Positions 29,724-36,022 of a DNA stretch of 36,022 nt are shown one piece after another; the first letter of the stretch is position 1; every line of letters begins with the position of its first letter. Under the pieces are notes generated by a model. That model was not told where the DNA came from, did not search any database, and saw only the letters and a list, made by a program, of their open reading frames with translations. Location of the stretch: the NCBI GenBank assembly GCA_045863395.1, contig BTVJ01000073.1, positions 1-36,022 of the forward strand, in the 5' to 3' direction. Both the position numbers and the translations under genes were made by a program. The DNA comes from Myxococcales bacterium. GTDB taxonomy: Bacteria > Myxococcota_A > UBA9042 > JABWCM01 > BTVJ01.

Positions 29724-30167
29724 ATGCGCTCCCTCCCTGCCGCGTTGGTCCTGCTCGCTGCTTGCGCCGAGCCGCTCCCGGACGACCTGGCCAACTTTCG
29801 TGACAAGTGCATCCGGATCAACGCGGCGCCCATCCCCGAGAAGGCGGATGACCCCCACCGGGGCGACAAGCACGTGTGGGCCTGCAACGTGGAGCTGGCG
29901 AAGATCCCGCGGCCGGGGGCGACCCCCTTCGCGTGGCCGGACGGAGCCCTCATCGTCAAGGAGTCCACCCGGGCGGGCCAGGACTATCCGTGGCTGATCG
30001 CGATGGCCCGCAAGGAGGGGGGTGCCTGGACCTGGGACGAGTACACGCGCAACTTCCCCGACCAGGAGCTCCTGCGCATCTACGCCGACCCGTCGGTCTG
30101 CACGGGCTGTCACGAGGACGTCGCCGAGAGCAGCGACTGGATCTTCACGGCCTTCGGCGGCAACTGA
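29724..30167 (+). CDS. Cytochrome P460 family c-type cytochrome lipoprotein
   Basis: Lipobox LAAC, WPDGALIVKE, AMARK, WTWDEY, a C-terminal heme motif CTGCH followed by DWIF, and a GGAGG RBS. Confidence 0.8.
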   Translation: MRSLPAALVLLAACAEPLPDDLANFRDKCIRINAAPIPEKADDPHRGDKHVWACNVELAKIPRPGATPFAWPDGALIVKESTRAGQDYPWLIAMARKEGGAWTWDEYTRNFPDQELLRIYADPSVCTGCHEDVAESSDWIFTAFGGN

Positions 30168-30188
30168 GCTGGGGCAAGGCCGTCTGCG

Positions 30189-30488
30189 TCACGCCTTGAC
30201 GAGCTTGCGTCCGATGAACCAGCCCAGCAGTCCCGGCACGATGACGATGGCCAGGACGCCAACCCCCCAGCCCGCTGGCGTGAGCTCGGCCACCTCGCGC
30301 ATCTCCTTCGCCCGGTAGACCCCGAGGAGGCTGCACGTCCCCGAGACGGGCGTGTCCACCTTGTTGGTCTCGAAGTTGAAGCTTGCCTTGGTGCAGGGGA
30401 GGATGTCGATGTGGGAGTTGGCGAACACGAACCAGGTGCCGACGACCAGCACCAGCGAGAGCACCAGCGAGACCACGGTCCTCTTCAT
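30189..30488 (-). CDS. Small hypothetical membrane protein (2 TM segments)
   Basis: GAGGTG RBS, hydrophobic N- and C-terminal segments around a loop with two Cys, and good GC3 bias. Confidence 0.7.
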   Translation of the reverse strand: MKRTVVSLVLSLVLVVGTWFVFANSHIDILPCTKASFNFETNKVDTPVSGTCSLLGVYRAKEMREVAELTPAGWGVGVLAIVIVPGLLGWFIGRKLVKA

Positions 30489-30555
30489 GGGACACCTCGG
30501 GGTTGTTGTGCCGCCATGGCACCACGAGCGCGGGGAGCGGTCAAGAATCTACAAC

Positions 30556-32556
30556 CTACCGGAGTTGTCGGCTCCGTCGCGGGCGGCCCGGAGCGGGTGT
30601 CACCATGCGCACCGCCTGGTGGGCCATTGGGTGGACCGGCGCAAAGAAGGTGTCTGCCACGTCGGCGTGCGGCCGCGTCAGGCACGAGACGGGGCAAGTG
30701 GGGCAGACGGTGGAGACGAACGTGCCCAGGCTCGCGACGACGAAGGGGAGGATCTGGTCGGTCTCGTCCGGGAGGAGGCGGCACTGGGTGGTGAGCACCT
30801 CCGCCATCTCGGCAGTAAGGGGCTCCACCGGCTGCGGGCCGTCGGCGCTGCGGATCACGAAGTCGGCGAAGAGGCTGCCGATGCCGTGGGCCGCGGCGTT
30901 GCGAGCATCCTCCCTGGGGCGGCGCTCACCCGGGAGCGCGTCGAAGGCCTTGTCGAGGCTGAGGAAGGCGGCCTCCGTCATGTCGAGCTGGGCCAGGTGG
31001 TGACCCCGGGGGGTCTGTACGTCGCGGAAGAACAGCACCTTGAGATGTTGCCTCGCGCTGGGGTCGGCCAGCGCGAGGACGAGCCCGTGGAGCTTCCCCG
31101 TCACCTTGGGCGCGGAGCGCTCGAGCAGCGCCGTGACCAGGGCAGAGCGCCGGAACGTGGTCTCCGCCTCGCACGCCGCCGCGGCGCAGAGCGCGGACTC
31201 GAGCGGCTCCTCGCGCCAGCCGTGCCACCGGGCCATGTGGCGCGCCATGGCGACCACGCGGCGCCGGATGGGCTCCGTGTCGAGCAGGGCGGCGGTCGCC
31301 GCGATCCACCTCTTCGAGGCGCGGCGCCGGGCGGGAGGGTCCGCGCCCACTCCGGCCAGGTCGCCGTCGTCGAAGAACCACGTCGTCGCGTACTCGGGGT
31401 TGCAGAGCAACGCCCGCAGCAGCTCCAGGTCGGGCGCCTGCTGCGTGCGGGACACGGCATCGAGAGCCCCGTGAGGGGTTCGGGCGCGTGCAAACATCGC
31501 GACGGCGCCGACCGCGTCTCGCGGTATGTCGAGGTGCTGCTCCCGGGTGCGCTCCACCGCCTCGGCGACCAGCTCGGCTGCCACCGGAAGCGACACCCGC
31601 GTGAAGTCCGAGCCCGAGCCCATGCGGAGCTCGTCGAGGATGGCGTCCAGGTCCTCCGCCGTCTGGCGCCGGACCACGAAGCCGTCCCGGATGTCTGCCG
31701 AGGCCCGGATGCACAGGTCGGCGAGGGTCAGGGAGGAGTCGGGGTTCTCGAAGATACCGATGATCAGGTACGCGCCCTGACCGTCGCAGGAGCCGACCCA
31801 TGCGTAGCCGTCCGGCGAGCGGGCCGTGTGGCTCGGGTCGATGCTCATGGTGCGGGCGCGGAGCAAGGCCGCCTGCATGTCGCGTCGTGCGGAGGGGCTC
31901 GTCGCCTCGTCTCGAAGCCGCTCCAGCAGCGCGATGCCCTCCATGCCGTCCTCGGCGACGACCGCGTCCAGCATGCGGCGCCGCAGGCTCGCGAGATCCG
32001 GCATGGCCAAGGCGGCGGCGTACACTGTCGCCGCCGTCGAGCCCAGGTGCACCCGCGCCGCCTCCACCTGCTCGAACAGGGCGACCTGGGTGCCCCCCGT
32101 GAGGCTGGAGAGGGCGCCGGCGATGGCCTCGCTGCGCTCGGGCTCCGCCTCGATACCCACCAGCAGGTCGATGACCGACGCCTCCGCGACGGCCTCCGCA
32201 TCGCCCGGTGACAGCGTCAGGGCGAGCTCCTGGAGGGTCTCGGGGTCATAACAGGACAGCACGGCGACCGCGAAGGCGCGCTCATGGGGTGCCCTGGCGC
32301 GGTCGGCGGCCATCATCAGCAGCTCGAGGCTCTGGTCGCCGACGCCGATGGTCAGGAAGGCCGCCACGTACAGGGCGCCGTCCTGCACCGACACCCGGCT
32401 CTTGCGCAGCCGGTCCGTCAGCAGGCGCTGCGCGGTCCGCACGTCCACCGAGCCCAGCCGCCGCTCCAGCTCCGCCTCGTTGACGGGAGGCTCGTCGAAC
32501 AGCGCGTCGAGGATGCGCGAGGTGAGGGCCGAGCCGGGTCGGGTGCGGCGTACCAT
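30556..32556 (-). CDS. Hypothetical protein (666 aa), helical, with a C-terminal Cys/His cluster
   Basis: Coding-like pattern from MVRRTRPG. Central AWVGSCDGQGAYLIIG segment and C-terminal CPTCPVSCLTRPH...HP. Confidence 0.75.
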   Translation of the reverse strand: MVRRTRPGSALTSRILDALFDEPPVNEAELERRLGSVDVRTAQRLLTDRLRKSRVSVQDGALYVAAFLTIGVGDQSLELLMMAADRARAPHERAFAVAVLSCYDPETLQELALTLSPGDAEAVAEASVIDLLVGIEAEPERSEAIAGALSSLTGGTQVALFEQVEAARVHLGSTAATVYAAALAMPDLASLRRRMLDAVVAEDGMEGIALLERLRDEATSPSARRDMQAALLRARTMSIDPSHTARSPDGYAWVGSCDGQGAYLIIGIFENPDSSLTLADLCIRASADIRDGFVVRRQTAEDLDAILDELRMGSGSDFTRVSLPVAAELVAEAVERTREQHLDIPRDAVGAVAMFARARTPHGALDAVSRTQQAPDLELLRALLCNPEYATTWFFDDGDLAGVGADPPARRRASKRWIAATAALLDTEPIRRRVVAMARHMARWHGWREEPLESALCAAAACEAETTFRRSALVTALLERSAPKVTGKLHGLVLALADPSARQHLKVLFFRDVQTPRGHHLAQLDMTEAAFLSLDKAFDALPGERRPREDARNAAAHGIGSLFADFVIRSADGPQPVEPLTAEMAEVLTTQCRLLPDETDQILPFVVASLGTFVSTVCPTCPVSCLTRPHADVADTFFAPVHPMAHQAVRMVTPAPGRPRRSRQLR

Positions 32557-32659
32557 TGCCCTACCGTAGCTCCCGCGGGCGTCCACGCGCAAGCCATGGA
32601 TTCGAGGGACCGGGGGGGCGGGTTGAGGGTGCCCGCGCCGCGTGGTAGCTTGCTGCGCC

Positions 32660-34042
32660 ATGAACCACGCGACGCGCCCCTCCCGTCCCTCCACCTTGCT
32701 CTCGCTGCTCGTCCTGGCCCTGTGGGCCTGCGAACCCTCCGAGCCGTCGGGCGGTGCGTCCACCGGCGACGCAGCCGGGGCGCAGGACTCCGTCGTGGCG
32801 GATGCGGGGGCCGACGCCGCGTCGGATCTCGGCGGCCACGCCGGGGGCGCCGACGACGGCACCGGCGACGGCCTCGGCGGCGTGGATGGGGCGTCCGGCG
32901 ATGCCGCAGGCGCCGATGACGGCGGCGCCGATGACACCGGGGCTCCAGACGGTGCGGGCATCGACGACGCCGCGACCGACGCCGCTGACGCAGGCGACTG
33001 GCAGCCGGCGGTCGGCCTGACCACCCTGACCGTGCAGACGCCAGCCGGCCGCACGCTGCCCGGCATCGTGTGGTACCCCGCGGTGACGGACGGGACCTTC
33101 ACGCCGGAGGTCTTCCTCGGCCTCCTGGCGGGGCAGGGTCTGCGCGACGCCCCGGTGGCGGAGGGCGGGCCGTGGCCTCTCATCGTGTTCTCTCATGGGT
33201 CGCAGGCGTTCAAGGAGCAGTCCCTCTTTCTGGTCGAGGGCCTGACGAGGCACGGCTACGTGGTGGCCGCGGTCGACCACATCGGCAACACGTTCATGAC
33301 GCAGAATGAAGAGAAGATGGGAGAAGTGGCACGTGAGCGCCCGCGAGACATCTCTGCGCTGATCGACCGCCTGATGGCGCCAGAGTCCGGCGATCCGAGC
33401 TGGTTTTCGACCCACATCGACTTCGACCGCATCGCCGCAGCGGGCCACTCCTTTGGCGGCTACACCGTGATGGCGCTCGCTGGGGGCGTGCTGTCCGTGC
33501 CCCAGTCGGTCGTCGACGAGTGCGCGCTGAAGCCGAAGGACCTGATCTGCAGCGTGATCTCCCAGGGGGATCCGGGCCCGCTGGACCTGCGGGACCCGCG
33601 GGTCGACGCCGTGATCGCGATGACCCCCGGTGGTTACATGGCGTTCCGGGAGGAGGGGCTGACCTCGGTCGCCGTCCCCACGATGATCATGGGTGGGCTC
33701 GCCGACGACGTCACGACCATGGACGACGAGATCCTGCCGTTCTACGAGGGGATCCCCGGCACGAAGTACCTCTGGACCCTCGCGCACGGCCAGCACTTCA
33801 CCTGGAGCGACTTCTGCCTGATCGTGCCGTTCCTGTCCGAGGAGCTCGCTGCGCAGTTCGGCGCCGACCTCTGCAAGCCGGACGCCCCGCTGCCCATCGC
33901 AACGGCCCACACGTTGATCTTCGACATGAGCCTCGCGTTCTTCGATGCGTGGCTGCGGGACGACCAGGACGCGGCGGCGAGGCTGCAACCGTCATGGGCC
34001 GAGGCCCAGAGCCCCGAGGTGGGGATGTCCGTCTCGCCCTGA
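32660..34042 (+). CDS. Alpha/beta hydrolase lipoprotein (PAF-acetylhydrolase/dienelactone hydrolase-like)
   Basis: Lipobox LWAC and an Asp/Gly/Ala linker. VWYPA, PLIVFSHG, GYVVAAVDHIGN, nucleophile GHSFGG, DPRVDAVI, GGLADDV, GQHFTWSD. Confidence 0.9.
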   Translation: MNHATRPSRPSTLLSLLVLALWACEPSEPSGGASTGDAAGAQDSVVADAGADAASDLGGHAGGADDGTGDGLGGVDGASGDAAGADDGGADDTGAPDGAGIDDAATDAADAGDWQPAVGLTTLTVQTPAGRTLPGIVWYPAVTDGTFTPEVFLGLLAGQGLRDAPVAEGGPWPLIVFSHGSQAFKEQSLFLVEGLTRHGYVVAAVDHIGNTFMTQNEEKMGEVARERPRDISALIDRLMAPESGDPSWFSTHIDFDRIAAAGHSFGGYTVMALAGGVLSVPQSVVDECALKPKDLICSVISQGDPGPLDLRDPRVDAVIAMTPGGYMAFREEGLTSVAVPTMIMGGLADDVTTMDDEILPFYEGIPGTKYLWTLAHGQHFTWSDFCLIVPFLSEELAAQFGADLCKPDAPLPIATAHTLIFDMSLAFFDAWLRDDQDAAARLQPSWAEAQSPEVGMSVSP

Positions 34043-34125
34043 ACGGAGTATTGTCAGTTGGGAGTGTGATTGGGGGCAGCGAGGGGAGGGGGAGCCCCCT
34101 CGGCAACCCCGGTGGAGGCGACGCC

Positions 34126-35070
34126 ATGTTTCCCCTCCGATTGATGAGCTGGAACGTCCGCTACTTCAGCCACCACGTCCGCGGAGTGACCAGCGTGGAG
34201 CGCAACGTCCGCCGCGCGGCCGAGGCGGTCGCCGCCTTGGACCCGCAGCCCGACGTGCTCGCGCTGCAAGAGATCGACAACCACTCCGTCCGGTCCAACC
34301 TGACGCTCATCGGGCGGCGCAAACCCGAGAACGGCCTCTCCGACCCGCAGATCGTGCGCTTCGTGCGGCACCTCAACGAGGCGAGCGCCAGGCGTGGGGG
34401 CCACCAGTGGGAGGCGCTCTTCTTCCGCGCCCACGGGCACGACGCGCTGTGGTCCCTCTACTCCACGGGCCTCGCCGTGGTGTACCGGAGGGGGCTCGAG
34501 CTCGTCTCTCACAACAGCGCCTCCCCCCACGAGATCACGTTCCGACGCATCCCCGCGCTGTCCCGGCTCAAGCAGAAGCGGATCTGCGCCCACGCGCGCC
34601 TCCGGGACGAGCGTGGGCGGACCTTCGACCTGTTCAACACCCACCTGAGCCTGCCTGCCTTCCTCCAAGGGGCCGACAAGCAGACGCGGCGCCGCTTCGG
34701 GCACGCGGACAACCAGATCGCCGAGATCCAGTCCGTGCTGGACTTCGTGGGGCGCACGGGCAGCCCGGATCGCTCGGTGCTGGTGGGGGACTTCAACGCG
34801 TTGCCCGGGTCCAAGGTGTACAACGCGGTGGTCGGCAACGGGAGCGGGCTCCGCGACGCCTTCGCCCGCTACTTCGAGCTGTCCGTGGACGACCTGGCCG
34901 CCATCCCCTCGGCGGGCTTCATGCGCATGCGGTTCCGCCTGGACCACTTCTTCGCGGGCCCGCGCATCGCCGTCAAGGCGTTCCCCCACACCTTCCCGTT
35001 CAACCCCGCCCACCCCATGCGGGGGCTGTCGGACCACGTGCCCATCGTGGGGGCGTTCACGGTCAAGTGA
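34126..35070 (+). CDS. Endonuclease/exonuclease/phosphatase (EEP) family protein
   Basis: GGAGG RBS and ATG at 34126. MSWNV, PDVLALQEID, FNTHL, VGDFN, RLDHFF, SDHVPI. Confidence 0.92.
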   Translation: MFPLRLMSWNVRYFSHHVRGVTSVERNVRRAAEAVAALDPQPDVLALQEIDNHSVRSNLTLIGRRKPENGLSDPQIVRFVRHLNEASARRGGHQWEALFFRAHGHDALWSLYSTGLAVVYRRGLELVSHNSASPHEITFRRIPALSRLKQKRICAHARLRDERGRTFDLFNTHLSLPAFLQGADKQTRRRFGHADNQIAEIQSVLDFVGRTGSPDRSVLVGDFNALPGSKVYNAVVGNGSGLRDAFARYFELSVDDLAAIPSAGFMRMRFRLDHFFAGPRIAVKAFPHTFPFNPAHPMRGLSDHVPIVGAFTVK

Positions 35071-35147
35071 TCCAGAGCGCGAGCCGCTCCGGCGGTTGAG
35101 TCGTCGGGGTGGCGGGAGTAGAGTGCCGACCGTACCCCCGAGGGCCC

Positions 35148-35864
35148 ATGAGTACCCGCCCCAAGGTCATCCCCAACGAGCTCGTCCTCGCGCACCTGCG
35201 GGAGCACCTGCCCGTGGCTCAGCTTGGAGAGGACCCCCGCGGCGTACATCAGGTCCGCGTGGCGACGCGCCGTCTGGGTGTGTGGCTCGTTCTGGGGGGG
35301 CACAGGGTGCTTCTGGACGACCTGCGCTGGCTGCGGGCCTCTGCCGCGTCGGTTCGCGACCTCGACGTTCTCTGCGCGACGGATCTGCCCGGTGCGTGGC
35401 ACGACTGGCTCGCCGAGCGCAGGGCCCACGCCCGCGAGGCGCTCGTGGAGGCGCTGGGGTCGTCGCGGCTCGCCGGCCTGGTACGCGCCTTGGGTCTCAT
35501 GCCCCCCATCGATCACGCGGCTGCGCGGCGTCGCACCCGGGGCCTCGCGGAGGCGGCGCGCAGGCTCGGGCGCGCGGTGGCTCGCGGTGCCACGCTCGAC
35601 GAGGTGCACGCTCTGCGGCGCTCGCTGCGGAGGCTGCGCTATGCGCGCGAGTGGCTCGGGGGGCAGGTCGCGCCCCTGGTCGCCGCCCAGGACGCGCTCG
35701 GGGCCCTCAACGACGCTTCGGTGGCGCTGCGCCTGCTCGACGCCTACGGCGGCGAGGGCATGGAGGGCGTGCGTGCCGCGCTGCTCGAGCGGGTCGAGGC
35801 GGGTCGCCATCAGGCGGTCGACACCTGGGACGCGCTGCGTGATGAACTCAACCGAGAGGACTGA
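35148..35864 (+). CDS. CHAD-domain (polyphosphate-binding) protein
   Basis: VHQVRVATRRL, VRDLDVL, VHALRRSLRRLRYARE, QDALGALND. Confidence 0.88.
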   Translation: MSTRPKVIPNELVLAHLREHLPVAQLGEDPRGVHQVRVATRRLGVWLVLGGHRVLLDDLRWLRASAASVRDLDVLCATDLPGAWHDWLAERRAHAREALVEALGSSRLAGLVRALGLMPPIDHAAARRRTRGLAEAARRLGRAVARGATLDEVHALRRSLRRLRYAREWLGGQVAPLVAAQDALGALNDASVALRLLDAYGGEGMEGVRAALLERVEAGRHQAVDTWDALRDELNRED

Positions 35865-35865
35865 C

Positions 35866-36022
35866 ATGGAGCTCTGGATTCTCAGGCACGGCATCGCAGA
35901 GGAGCTGGACGAGGACAAGGCCGACGAGTCGCGCGCCCTGACCCCCCCCGGGGGGGCGCGCCGCGAGCGCCAGGGGGACGGCCGAGCGCGGCGCCGCGCC
36001 GCCCAAGCCCCCCCCAGCCCCA
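35866..36022 (+). CDS. sixA: Histidine phosphatase, SixA-like (5' partial, runs off the window)
   Basis: ATG at 35866, 1 nt after the CHAD stop, with a GAGGA RBS. MELWILRHGIAEE...DESRALT contains the RHG motif. Not in the ORF track. Sequence after about 35945 looks unreliable. Confidence 0.8.
   Translation, partial: MELWILRHGIAEELDEDKADESRALTPPGGARRERQGDGRARRRAAQAPPSP

Noticed and set aside
32760..33000. Asp/Gly/Ala-rich quasi-repeats as a separate element
   Set aside because: This is an ordinary low-complexity linker after a lipoprotein signal, with no regular DNA period.
35941..36022. Poly-C/poly-G palindrome (CCCCCCCCGGGGGGG) and apparent divergence of sixA
   Set aside because: It lies at the extreme end of the sequence, where homopolymer runs appear, T is absent and protein similarity fades. 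This is most likely low-quality terminal sequence rather than biology.

Overview
A high-GC bacterial chromosomal segment of about 30 genes. The gene repertoire suggests Myxococcota or a related lineage (inference): Uma2 paralogues, a Cys-rich OmpA lipoprotein, a large FG-GAP secreted protein and a mitochondrial-type aconitase. The left end (1-4.3 kb) is an accessory island containing an MNT-HEPN toxin-antitoxin-type pair, two divergent Uma2/DUF820 nucleases with 21-bp-repeat-encoded coiled-coil tails, a non-coding array of ten 21/22-bp units, an orphan helical protein gene and a gene remnant. The middle holds a TPR-like membrane protein, aconitase, an OmpA lipoprotein, a REC-GAF-HD-GYP protein, a small CbiX, RibBX, a PAS hybrid kinase and a prkA(yeaG)-yeaH-spoVR-macrodomain operon. 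From 21.3 to 29.6 kb there is a minus-strand run of envelope genes: a small beta-barrel, a 1217-aa FG-GAP protein, a MotA/TolQ/ExbB-like channel coupled to a TM(Asp)-coiled-coil-vWA partner, a small secreted protein and a secreted pentein-fold enzyme with an altered active site. The right end carries a cytochrome P460-like lipoprotein, hypotheticals, an alpha/beta hydrolase, an EEP protein, CHAD and a partial SixA. The best candidates for undescribed systems are the repeat array plus orphan protein and the MotA-like/vWA module. No rRNA, tRNA, CRISPR array or transposase was recognised. All family calls are from motif recognition by eye; no database searches were run.
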